NCBI GenBank assembly: GCA_051362555.1
Contig: CM120646.1
Coordinates: 16,926,001 to 16,990,000, forward strand
Direction of reading: 5' to 3'
DNA from: Lingula anatina
Lineage: Eukaryota; Animalia; Brachiopoda
DNA: 64,000 bases
A program made the translations under genes and the position numbers. This document shows, in pieces, positions 1 through 13,108 of this stretch; the stretch's first letter is position 1, and every line of letters begins with the position of its first letter. Under the pieces are notes generated by a model, which saw only the letters and a program-made list of their open reading frames with translations, was not told where the DNA came from and searched no databases.

Positions 1-105
1 AACTAGAATGAGATTCTTCTCCTCATCGATGCCAATCCAAGCGATGTAATGATTCCAAAATGCAGTCAGAGGCTTAACCAGGCTTGCATACATTCTTTTT
101 AACAT
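1..105 (-). CDS. Possible further alternative first exon, truncated by the window edge
   Basis: ATG at 105 opens MLKRMYASLVKPLTAFWNHYIAWIGIDEEKNLILV to position 1, and the frame is open from about 230. No donor is visible inside the window. Confidence 0.3.
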   Translation of the reverse strand, partial: MLKRMYASLVKPLTAFWNHYIAWIGIDEEKNLILV

Positions 106-3100
106 CTTCTCCACAATACTCCCACATAAATGGCTGCTGCTCAAACTGGAATCAATGCTTCTCTTGCTGGGAACCAGTGTAAAACAAAGGCTTTCAAAAA
201 CCTGTTTTCTCACCCTATTTTTATGATCCTATTTTATGTATTGTGGATGACAGCATAACATCAGGGCTCTCTGTCTGTTTTTTGGACAAATTAAACACTT
301 TATTCCATCTAGTTAGCGTCAGGGTTGTTTACGCCGATGAGTTTTTCAGCATTACATCATGTTTTCTTATCTCTGCCAAATAACAAATGCTATTGTCATT
401 GCCTCTCTCCCTTCCAGTTAGTAAAAAGCACACATCTTTGCCAAGAGCACCTGTAATGTTATCTCATACCATTTAATTGTCTCAGCTTAGATGACAGGAA
501 GCCTATGAAGGGATAGCCCCTGTTTACTGAAGCTGTCACGGCCAGACAGATAAATAATTCGTAATGTTGGTTAAAACCACACAAGGGAGCTATTATAAAA
601 CCACATTGGTATGCAACCCTCAGACTGTTACTGTAATACACCTTCCACTTTGACTGTGTTAATCTTCAGCAGCTGTATCTTTTTTTAACCCTAAGTACGA
701 TTACTTGACTTTTTCCTTTCCTGACTGCAGGGTAATAACAAGAAGAGTTAGTAATTGCTTCAAGTCAGGTTTGTCACATGAGCTTTGTCAAAACTCAAGT
801 TAACAGACTGTAAAAATTGTTTGCTTCTCATAAAGCACAAAGACTTTCCAATTTAAACAAAACCAAGGTTTCATTAGATTGCTCAACTCATTGAACCACT
901 GTAAGTTACCTCATCCTTTTCTTTTCACTGGTATTTCATCGATGGCATTGTCTTCTTGTTTCTTTTCTCCTTTCTATTTCTTTCAATATTTAAGAACTTT
1001 CAGTCACGAATACTGTCCGTCCATCTTTAGCCCACAAAGTGTGACAGGTAAGATGTACAATAATGTTAAATGTTCTCAAAGGTTGTCTCCTTTCTGGAAA
1101 ACTAAGCTGGGTTTCTCCTTTCTCATGTGTTTTACCAGCAAGTCTAGGCCTGCTCAGACATTCAGCACCAGGAATCTGAACTATGCTCAGTCAGAGTCTA
1201 ATATAATTCTGATCATTACTGATAACCAGGGTGTCAATTATCATTTGTATCCTCCTCCCGCAAGTCAGAGACAATCAGAAAGATATGCCTTCATAATGTC
1301 ACTGTCCACATGCCAAATTTTCTAACTTACCAAAGAAAGTTCATAAAAGCTTCTCCACATAGGAAATTCTTATTATTAGTCTTTTTCCTGTATTTCTGCT
1401 CAATGATAAGTAAACAATTACTGTTTCATCCACTTGATACTATGACTTTTTTTCGATGTAAGATTTGTACAGACCACTTTCAGATACACATCTGTAAGCA
1501 CTGTATCTCTGACAGTCAGTTGTAACAATTGTGTTTTTTGCCTGGAAAACATTTGACACACACAAAAAAAAAAGTTATGTTGATAGTTACATCACTTATC
1601 CACAAAACAAATGCCTTGACTCCAACCTCTTCTTCTGAATCAGTCCTTCGTGTAGAGGTAAAAATTTTCATAACATTATAATATCAACATGAAGTGGATG
1701 TCACTATGGGATATAGTTTCTGTGGAGTGTGTATGTAGAGAGCAGTTCCCATTCATATCACATATCACATCACTGTTATGGAAGAGCAAACCTTGGGTTA
1801 AATTGGACGTGTAATCTTTAAGAATCCCTATCTGTCATTCCGCTTGTCCTCCCAGGCAGATCATCTTTGTGACACTACAGTAGCACTCATAAATACTGCT
1901 ACGGTGGAGATGCAGTTACGACAGGTTTTTAACTGTGGTAAATCTTCCGCAGCTGTGCCGTTAATCGTGATCATTACTGTAGCACATGGCTACACAGCAG
2001 TGTCTCTGGCATGCATAAAATATGGCATGAATAAAATTTATGACATTATCATTGATATCAGAATACTAATAATAATTTTGTACACCCAATTTGTATGACC
2101 CACTTGGTCACTGACCCATACATTTGTAATGTCTTGTTTATCTTCATACTACTAGTAGGTTGATTCTGAAATGCACGTACATTTATTTTCAGACATATTA
2201 GGGATAACATTTCTACAAAGTTACTTCCAACTTTTGTTACTGGCTTGCAGGCCAACGTTTCAACAATTCTAATACTTGCATACAAGTAGCTGTAAAAAAA
2301 CTAACAACTCTTAGTGTGCACTTAAATTGTTCTGTCCTTAGCAATTTCATATACAGCACTGAAGATCATATAATTTTATCGACACAAACAAGTTCCCTGC
2401 AGCATCATGCATAGTTTTTTAACTGCCCAATTAAAATAAATGTGTAGACAATGCAAAGACAACAAAAGATGTACAGAAATATGTCAATTATCACAATTCA
2501 CTTCCCAAGCACCAGGTTACTTTCTTATCTGCATTATATCAGAACTTCCATCGTTGTGATAATGAGAGCTTGTTACGGCTTAATTCCCACATTTAAAAGC
2601 TGAATTAAAACGCCATTAATAATGATATACTCAAGATAAGGACTAGGTTAATAATCTAATTATCACGTTAATCCTCTTAAAAGAACAATCCCGCCCTGTT
2701 TTTCACTATCTATACTACATTAATTGTTGCGTCTTAAGGAAACCCTAGAGAAGGACACAAATTGTTTAGCTGGAATAACAGCTCTTCGTTATCTAAGCTC
2801 CAATGGCTCATTTTGCAAATGGGAAAATGATACGCATTTCCCTTTTCACCTTAGAGTTGCTCAGAGTGCAGAAGGTGATCTATTTAATCATGACACACCC
2901 TGTCTCTCCGCTGTACCTCCAATGACAAATATGGAACCCAGTCCTGAGTGGAAATTAACTGCTGAAGATGATCCATTAATAAGGTGGACAGGCGAAAACC
3001 AGTATTATTGTTATATAATGACCATTTCAATAGTAGAGCTACTGTGTATAAGCATTGAGGATGTTGCTGAATATAAATGGCAATGCTATAAATGATGAGA

Positions 3101-6100
3101 GGAAACAAATGAAATTGATGATGACGATGATGACAATCCAAGAGTACAAGTCAAAAACCTTAGGATGCATTATCTGATCCTTTATATTTAATAATCTCTG
3201 CAGGTAAATATCACCTGTCAAATCTTACTGTATCATTTGTATAAAAACAAAAAAGTTTATATCTCTATACTACATACATGCACACCTTTCTCATCTGAGA
3301 GAATGGCAGCACTGGTTATATGATATCATGTCTCACATGGAAGGCCCCTCCCCTTTCTCCCCCTCCCATACTGTGTTTCCATAGATCTCCCACATGCACC
3401 TCAAATGATAATATCCAACACTGTCCTAGACTCTTTGGTCAAAGTTTTGATTTCAGTAACCACAAACTAGAAAAGGTTACCACAAACTGATACAGCATTC
3501 AAATAAGATTTTACTACAATCTTATTAGTATACATTTATAAGCACATATTCATCTACACACAAATGCAACAACAGAGACACGATGTTACAGATATCTTTG
3601 CTTGTTTTAGATGTATTAAGTTTAACTACACTGTTTCATATTATTCACAACTTTGATAGTCAAATTAAAGCTAAAGTAAACTACATGTGTATACTACCAC
3701 TACAACGTTAACACCAACATAAGTAACTATATAGCATCTTTATAGAGAATCACAACCTTCTTGTAAACCAGTATTTATGCCACTTTTTCTACAATAAAGT
3801 CTAGGATAAAAACACTACAGGATGGCTAAGACAGATAAAATATAAACATCACAATAACATCTACAGACATTTATGCATAGAAGCTAACATAAACCTCACC
3901 TTTTTCTGCCATTATGCAGCAGCAGGAAAAGAAAAAAAAGAATATGTATTAATATTTGGGTGTGGTGAAATTGTTAGACATGGCAGACATAACAGGCATT
4001 ATAGTCCGACTGCTAGAACCCTAGATATGGCAACACATGTGTTCAAAAGGCTACAGCTGGCTATTTGAATAATGATACTTGTTTAAAAACACTGATTAGT
4101 AATCTCAGAATGAATCCTAAATTGTTGTTATGTAAAGTATGGTTATCTTTAATAATATTTTTTTCTGTAATTTCTGTTTGTTTGTTTTCTCCCTTGCCAA
4201 GTTCATCACCCACACTGAACTGTTCCCTCATCTCACTCATCTCATTTTATTTCTAATTTTCATTCTTTTTCTAAAGTGCAATACCACATATTCATGTAGC
4301 TGTAATATCACACAGGTTCATAACTGCTGAAAATCTTTTACTTGCAGTAAATTAACTTATCCCGAAAATAGTGTAACTTATAAATGACACACTAAGCCTA
4401 CTGTTATTTTAGTTACCTGAGCTCCATGAAGAAATGTCACACAGAATTGCCAAATGTCAATAAATCAGTACTTGTTATGACTTACATACAATGTCAGAAC
4501 CCAATATCATATCTATTTATAAAGCAAGACAAATTAATAGCTTAAACAGTAAAATTAATGGCCACATTATGTTAAATTAAAATCATTATTCAATTAAGAA
4601 ATATCAATATCAGAGGCAAACCCATCACCTATCCAAAATGACATCAATATTGATAACAATAGCATCGTCATCAGTGAATATTGTTAATCAACATACCTTT
4701 ATTACTGTTACCTACAACTTGCAGACACAGGCCTAGACTCAGAGCAGTCAATGTATTGTTCCTTATAAAGTATCGCTTCATGTTCAGATATCAGCCCTTA
4801 AACTTTTTGCACACAAGCAACCACTGACAACATTACATTACTAGTATCAACAATAACAAAACAAAACAAATCAGAATACCTTCTCTAATGGGCAACATCC
4901 AAGCTACTCTTCTAAACTTGGACAGACATTTCGACAGCCATGACACAGATCATTGTCCCTCGCCAAAAAATAAATGTAGCGAAGCTGTGGCACTAGTGGA
5001 GTCTCATGCTGAATATGATATTACGTCTCGAGGTCTAAGCTCTTTCTCAAACTATTCCTGACCTATCACCAACAAAGACGACCAGCTGACTGGTGAAAGG
5101 AGGACCAATGGACTCCTGGGGAGCAGCATGGGGAAATGGCGGAGAACAGTCCAGCCATTTTTTTTTCTTCTTTATTTTTGAAAGCAAGATGATTGAACAT
5201 TGATGAACAAAAGAGTTGGGTCTTTCTCTAAATACTTGAGTCAATTTAGGATGGATTCATCAGCTATTCAAACTTTGAAAATAATTTTATTAGCAGAAAT
5301 ATGTGATAAAAGGGGAAAAAAATCTAGAATGCTCTACTAACCCATGAGATTTACCTATAGGACTAACTGCAACTAAGGTGACCACTGTTTTGATGAAACT
5401 TTAAACACCTTACATCTTAAAACAACTGAGGCTAGAGAACACTACTAATACATGCATGTATACACCCACACACACTTACTACTTCTGAACTCTCTCTTTC
5501 TCTCCTCCCTATCCCCAATGAATGCTAGAACCCAATTCAGATTAAGTGAATGAAAGCTTATTGGATCATGTGCATATTCCACTTCATTGGCTTTATTGAC
5601 CAACATGTATACACAAACATTCCACCACATCTATTGTGTTAAGGCACCTGCACCCGTAAGCTTGTATTTTATAGATTACGATCGCACATGCTTGTCTAGT
5701 GTCCCCAAACAAGGGAGCTTGCACATGCAAATGAGGCCGATTTCATTAGATTAGACTGAAATAAATTGGAAATTTTATTGTGGGGTGTAAAACACAGGTG
5801 TGGAATGCCCTGAACGGTTCAATTGTAAAAGTTATGAGTTCTTATTTTGACAGCTTGCCATGACTTCCTTGCTGATATTTTTTATAATATTATTTCAGCA
5901 TGAAGTCCAGCGTAACTACTGTGTTTACTTACATAAAATCATTATTTGGGTAAAAAGGAATACTTATCATTATTTCACAGTATCATTAACAACAGTGTCA
6001 TTTGTCTGAAGTGGCTGTATTCTCTCTATTATAAATCGAACTTGAAAAAGCTATCAACTAAATGAAGTTTTGAATTCTTAGCATAAACTCAAATTCACAC

Positions 6101-7330
6101 GTCCATACACATAATGCTTATATTTCCAGTTCAATCTAAGAGTCATGTTTCTCAGCCATAACACAACAAAATCTAATTATAAAGACAACACCCTAAGGCC
6201 AGTATTGGCATGTAGATCCTTAATCCTTTAAATCAATAATTACAGCTTTAAGAAAAAATATTGTAAAAAGAAAATTACCAATAATCTCTCCCAAAATGTA
6301 ACAAAATGTTTGCCCATTCCACAGGCATTTGCGGAAGAAAAGACCCACTGCCAGACTTAGGTCTACAACTATAATCCTTAAAACCTAGCCACAAGGTGAG
6401 CTTGTAAAATCAATCAAATATTTCTTGAATGAAATTCAGGTATTTAATGACATCATGACTGGTATGCTGCATTGAATTGAACTGTTTTTATAGTGCTTCT
6501 AAGTCACCATTTCTTGTTTACCAAACGGTAAAAAATCCCAATCTAAACTTCCTGGCCAGGCAAAAATGATTTCTGCATCAGTGGTTTTGATGTATTTCTA
6601 ATGTATTTTATCAACAATAGAGTACATAGAGATACAGCAGTTTTGCGTCATGGAGTCACAGCAAAGTGATTGCATTTGTATTCCATTAATTTCATGTTGA
6701 GATAAAAATTCCAACTTTTAATGTGATATCTTGGCACAAAAAGTGTTGACAAGTCTGCCAAAACATCATCACATTTTGTAATATTGTGGGCATTTTGCTT
6801 TGATTAAACTTCTTTCCCCAAACTTTTCAGGCAAGAAGACTAAGAAAATAAACAATTTAAACAATGTTACTTTCTTTTTCTAATTTGACACATTACTGAT
6901 TCAATTATCAACCTATAATCAGATATATCACTTTCTTCTTATTTTTTTTTTTTGACATTTTGTTGATTCCCCTATCACCAGACAAAAATAAAACTGCCAA
7001 ACTTGTTCCTTAATCTCATTGGAATTACTATGTGCTATGACCAACAGCACTCTTCAAACAACCAACCAGTTTCAGTGAATATTCCCATATACACGACATT
7101 CCCTTTAGAAACTACTACCCTGCAGGTACAAAACTTTATAACACCATTGTCTGTACTTCATGTACAGTTATTAGAATCCAGTTATGTCCATTCCTGCCTC
7201 TAAGCAGTAGCCTTTGATCTTTACAGGGTTTTTAGAATTTTGCCAAGCTATCATCATGTCAGGAGCACCATACTAACACTTTGAAAGTCCACAACATTTT
7301 CACTTTAAAGTAATAGTAACTGGTGGTCAT

Positions 7331-7391
7331 AGAGGTCAAGATATATTAGTCCCCACGCCAGAGAGGTCAACATATTAGTCCCCCTGCTCAG
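7331..7391. repeat. About 30-bp tandem duplication
   Basis: AGAGGTCAA(GATA/CA)TATTAGTCCCC...CAG occurs twice, at 7331-7361 and 7362-7391. Confidence 0.85.
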
Positions 7392-7610
7392 ATGACCAGA
7401 TATACATAAAAACAGAATTGTCTATATGTATTTTCCTTGCTAAAATGAAGAATTATTATAGCAGTCAAGTAGCCAGAACAGTTTTTAAGCTCTATTTAAA
7501 ATGGTCTATCTGATACACAAAATATATGTTTTCTGAAAATAAAAAAGATACTGTTCTCAGAAAAGACAAGATAAACCTGAATAAAGCGTGTTAATTTTTA
7601 TTTCCCTTAC

Positions 7611-7962
7611 CTTCTATTTCCTCCTCCTCTTCTGAGTCCCACATACTGTACACATACTTGGTATCATATCCCCAGGGAGAGGAGCCCCAGGGATGGTACG
7701 TATCTCCCCAGGGCTGGTAAGACTCCCCCCAGGGCTGATAAGAGTCATAATTGTCATAGTCTGTGTACCCTGTGTAGGGGTCACAGCAATTAGCGTATCC
7801 GTTCACCATGTCGTCAAAGGAGTACCTGTCCAAGGAGGTGCTGTCGCCATAGTCCATGTTGTGCGAGTAACCGTTTTGTACCAGATACATTGTTTTTAAA
7901 TTGAATATTTCTTCCTCTGGTTTGATCTGTCTATTCACTTGCAATTCTTCACAATCCAGCAT
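7611..7962 (-). CDS. Probable alternative first coding exon (117 codons + 1 nt) encoding a Tyr/Asp-rich N-terminus with PWG repeats
   Basis: ATG at 7962 with an in-frame TAA two codons upstream. Open frame with GC and CpG content above the flanks. Strong donor GAA G|gtaagg at 7611/7610 in phase 1, the same phase as the 18888 donor. Confidence 0.72.
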
Positions 7963-10900
7963 TAGTTAAAATCAACACCATCAGCAGTTTCTTGAAAGGA
8001 TACTGATATAGATACTGTTATTTTGTTCACTGGTTTTAGCTATAAACAGTTAAACATTATTTTTCAGGCATGTGTCTTTCTTCTAAATCAAAAGAAAGAT
8101 ATGTCTAAAGAATTCAAAGTTGTTTCTCTTCTGTAAAGTTTTCAATGACAACATCTACAGTTAGCTTGCAATGCAATCACTTCAAGTTAATATGGTGGTA
8201 AATCCTATATTTCCTCCATTCTTTCTGAAAATGTCAAGATTTTCATTAATTGATATTTCCTAATCCACGTATCAATTATGTAAAAACAATATTCCAATGA
8301 GATACAACATACAAACAAATTTCAACAGACTTTACCTGGGATGTATTTCTGTCATACGTAAAGGCTCAACTCCCTACTCTAAACCATCAGGCATTACCGT
8401 ATATGACCACAATTATAACTGACCACAAAAACCAACCATTGCAACAAAGCAACCACCTAGCCTTTTCTGTTGTTACTGAATCCCCTGTAAAATTTTCCCA
8501 GAGCCCTAATGCTGTTAAAAACCTGTTCCAAATCGGGATCACCGTGAATCTGTTAAACTTCCAGTATACCTCTCTGCTAGGGGTCAGAATAACACTCAGC
8601 TCTCCATCTGCTAAGCACTTGTTTCAGCTCAGTTTCTTTTGTTTTTGCTCCTGGATCTTGAATTCCATACACGTTTCAAAAATGCTCCATGGCAAGGCTA
8701 GATCACGATCTTCAGATGTTTGTCGCTCATTAATTTGGTCTTTGCTCCTGCATAATGAATTCTTGAATTCTTCCAGCTTGAAAATATTTCTACTCCAAAC
8801 TTTTTATTTTTGTACCAGGGGCAGATCACGCCTGTCATGCGGCCAGAGTAGTTGTCACTCTTTATTGTATTTTACCTACTAGTGGAATTCTGTCACTGCA
8901 CTTGCCTGGATGCTGTTCTATTTTTAGTTGAAAACGATACGTCCAAGACTATTTGTTCTAAATAATTAGAAATACCTTCATGTGTTTTCCTTGTCTGGTT
9001 GCATCATCCTGATGCCATAAAATTCCCAACGCCGGCCCATAAAAGACTTCCATTAAAATGGCTGAGGCAGATTTGTCTATCTCAGTCCAAACGACATAGG
9101 CCTCAATTTCAAATGATGCCTTTTCAAAAATACATACAAAGATATTTGTCACTGTCACATTTATCCTGCATTCCTGCACAGGTGAGCTGTCCTTGTTGAA
9201 AAGGGATACCTGAATGAAATCTGCTTTAGTTATGTATGATCCTTAACTGCCAGAACATCATGATAAGTCATGATATTAATATCCCCCATTAAGATACTTG
9301 ACTATGTAGATATAATATAAATTTTGAGAGAGAAAGAGAGAGAATCCACTTGACTCTATCGCAGTACAAATACTCTGACATCAACATCGAGGAAGGAATT
9401 CCTGACTTGGGTTAAGTGTCACAAGTTAAACATCAGTAAACAGTTCTCCTTTTAACATAGTGAACCCTTTCTGTCAGCAGACTGCTCTCTGTCCTGGATC
9501 ACTGACGATATCTGAAAATGATCTGCTACAGGTAATTTTGACGTCCTATCTTCATTTCATTGTTTTATTGTGTGCAGGCATTTGAAACATGTGGATTTGA
9601 AGGCCCAGGGGGGAAAAGCATGTTTATGGGCAGTAAATGCTATAGATTGAGATATTGCATGACACTGGACTGATTTTGAATCTCTCTCTCTCCCTCTCCT
9701 CTCTTTCTGTCCTCTTCTTCCTACCCTCTGTCGTTGAATTAAACTGAAACAACTCTGGTCCTCAACTGACACATTTTATTTCAATTTATCCTTCATTTTT
9801 TTTCCCATTAAAACTGCACCAGTGCCAAGTGCCAACCCTCTGTCACCAATAAAACCACGAAGGTCCCTTGCATGACATGAAGTCATCTGTGTGTGTTGTT
9901 AAGACACGGGAGCTCCTTTTCTGCCATTTCTCATTACGTCCAATCCTAGTTTCACGACCACCTGGGAGTTAAATGGGGCAAAATGCACCAGCACCATCAG
10001 TGTCTCCACTCTAATCTTCATTCCAGAAGAAACACCACATTTTTTTTTATATAAAATTGTTTTAATTTCTTTTACCTGGCAAACTGGTGATTTTCAGTCT
10101 CCATATGCCAGCATTAGAGTAGCAATATAATGCATGCATTCACTGTTGGATTGAACACATTTGATGATTAACTTTATCATGAAGGAGCACAATTTTAATA
10201 CATAAACTTTGCATAAAAAAGGGGTGATGAACACATAACCTGTCTGGAATATTTCCTCCATCTTTCATCATCCATTAGCTCTATGATTCTTCATAAAATA
10301 GATCACCAATGACAGTGTTAATCATCCCAGGTTGCCATGATTTCAGTTTTCACAATGCCTGGACCTGTTGACTCTATCTTTCCAATTGATTTGAAACAGA
10401 AAACAAAAGTGACCAATACGCAAATTAAATGTGGGGTATGAGTCTAAATTTCCAAGAGAAGTGGAAACACTGGCTCTGTTGGTAAAGATTTTTCTTGGCT
10501 GATGTCCCAAGGTTGCTGTGGTCTAGACTTGTTACATCATTGACATACCTGAGCAGAATTCATTCCAACAACAACAAAGGAAGGCAAATGGAGCTGATGC
10601 CAAAAAAATAAGTCCTAGTGTTTTCATAGAGTTAGCACCACTCTGTCAATTTGTAGAAATAAAATGACACTTTGTTCTTTCAGATTTAGTTCCTTTGGAT
10701 ATACAAACATCAAGCACTAAAACTCTTCCTTGTAGTTGTATTGTATAACACAGAAGTATCCTTTTCCTTGTACTTATGAAGTTCCTGCGGTCTTGTGAAC
10801 ATGGTGCAAATGATAATTTCCTTGCTATTTCCTTCAACACAGTTTAAGCCCTGTTCTTGTCAATCATAGCTGGCAAAAGTATTTCCCTATCCAATACACT

Positions 10901-11597
10901 GCGTATTTTTTCCCTTGACCATTTCCTCCTTGTATGAAAATTACTCAAATTTCAAACACCTTACTGATACTAGTATCGTATCTCTCTCAAATGGTCATTT
11001 TTTTTTTTGGTGATCATAGAAAAAGACAGTTTGACAATTTCATAAAAATTCCTTTGGTATCAAACTTACTTTCATAATTGTTTCCATAAATATATGAAGA
11101 GAGTTCAGTTTTTCTTCAACAAACTAAGATTTAATTTAGAAAAGCAAAATGAAATTTCAGAAGAACACAATAATTAGCCAAAGTAGTTAATCAATAGCAA
11201 GAGTCCAAAATTCAATTCACACGATGGTTTACAACAATCTCTAACCTGGAATCTTTGCATGTCTGCCTCACAAAAATAAAATCCCTTTTCACACACACAC
11301 CTTACCATGTTATCTGTCAAGTGCACATCCTATGGTATGCTCTGCCGGAACAATCAACTTGAACACTTCACAACAAATGTTTACACAGCACATAATCTGT
11401 TTGACTTATGATATGGTGTGTTGACAGGTTATTCAAGTGAAATTAGTTTAGTATTTTCAAACCCTTGTTTCCCTTGAGAGCTGGTCTTCATTTTCTCTGT
11501 CAATACAGTGACAGAGCAGCCTGTTAGTAATATCTTCAATACAACTTTTGGTGATGTTCTTCTCTAATGAAACAAGATTTTTCAAAACACAGTGAAT

Positions 11598-11598
<1 letters not shown>

Positions 11599-11647
<49 letters not shown>
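11599..11647 (+). repeat. Poly(A) tract, 49 nt
   Basis: Uninterrupted A run. Confidence 0.97.
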
Positions 11648-11649
<2 letters not shown>

Positions 11650-13108
11650 ATAAACTCCATTTTCTTTCAGTGGTCAAATTTTTCATCTGATAATGATGGT
11701 TATCAAATTAAAAGAAACAGTGACCACATACACTCCTCTTTCCTTAGGTCCAGGATGATACAGACTTGGTTTAAGAAGATGCCATTTGTCCAGTAAATGA
11801 GAGGTGAAATGCATTAAAATGTCGCCACATGGTCGGGTCCATCATTTTTCCACAAGGCCACTAGCTCTGGCCTGAAGTAAACTGGTCACTGAGTATCGCC
11901 ATGTCCCTAACATAGTGGTGATAACATCTAGCAAGTCTCTACCTGGCTAAAAATACACACTTAATGGTCTGTGTTAAAATTATCACTAAAATTGTTATTG
12001 CAATCAAAAGTGCCTCCAAACAAGAATGTACAATTCTGAGTACGCCCAACTGTCCTCCTTGAAACAAAATGTTACCAAGGCCAGGGATAGGCATGGCCTA
12101 TAAAGTTTTCTGTTAGATAACAACCTCAGAATGAAATACAAGTTTGCCCCCTTGAATTCAAAGCACATCTGAATTATCTTTATTGACAAATACATATTAA
12201 GGGTCCTGTAGCAGAAAGCTTACAAGCCAAGCATGGGCATTATCAATTTTGAGCTCCTGTGGAATACAGTGATACATTTGAGACAAAGGATAGTCGTCTT
12301 GATGTGTTGTTTTACCAAATTCCATGTCATCTCTGATAATATCACGACCTCTCCTTTATTTTCAGTGGTTGTTAGTTGTAATGCACCAGTGTCAACTATT
12401 ATCCTAGACCACAACTACCACTAATGATGTTCAGATATAGATCAAGAGGAGTTTAATTCCTTTTTTTTTTTTTTACTATCTCTCCTAAAATAAATATGAA
12501 TAGTTCAGTATGGAATGAATTGATTCTGTATCTCTTTCTGCCAAAATCAGTCCGACTGCATTTAATCATCATGATCAGCCAGTCTCAGTCCATCAGCAGG
12601 GCTTCTCTTAATAGCTGTGCTTTGCTCACTCAGGTGGCATCCTGCTGGGCTGCTGACAGTCTCCTCATTACAACTGATGATATCAAACAGAACACTTCAG
12701 AACTGGTTGCATTTCTGCCTGCTTGCTGGCTTCTATCTCCCCAAGACACCCACTGCTTGCTTTGAGAAGACCAATTTCTTAAGAAAACAATGGATGCCTA
12801 AACCCGACACCTGAGAAAGGCTGGGATGAAGGAAAACCTCTCCTGTGTCAGTACTGATACCACTCTAGGCAGGTGTTCTACCCATCAACAGTCCACTGCT
12901 GTATCAGTTTAAGAGGTGGTCATTAGCAATACCTTGGGTGTCCAAGAGTTGTCCATGGCACAGTATACAAAATCATAAGAATAATCAGTGATCTGAAACA
13001 CAGGGTGCCCTAACAGGATACCATAATACATAATTTTTTCAGTCACATTAAGTTCATTGAAAATAATATCCCATTCACAAAAAAATTATCAAATTGTACC
13101 CTAGGGAA

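Noticed and set aside
685-1801. TTAACCC...GGGTTAA piggyBac-like ends (TTAACCC also at about 61851 and at the right window edge)
   Set aside because: The inverted match barely extends beyond 7 bp, which is expected by chance in AT-rich DNA.
879-3221. 148-aa and 123-aa plus-strand ORFs and neighbouring ORFs
   Set aside because: Non-ATG starts, no recognisable domain and no splice chain. Probably intronic or repeat-derived.
11301-11400. Donor-like ATG|gtaagg at about 11306
   Set aside because: The phase-1 frame has a stop just upstream, and the terminal ATG would be phase 0, incompatible with the gene's phase. A UTR exon cannot be excluded but is unsupported.
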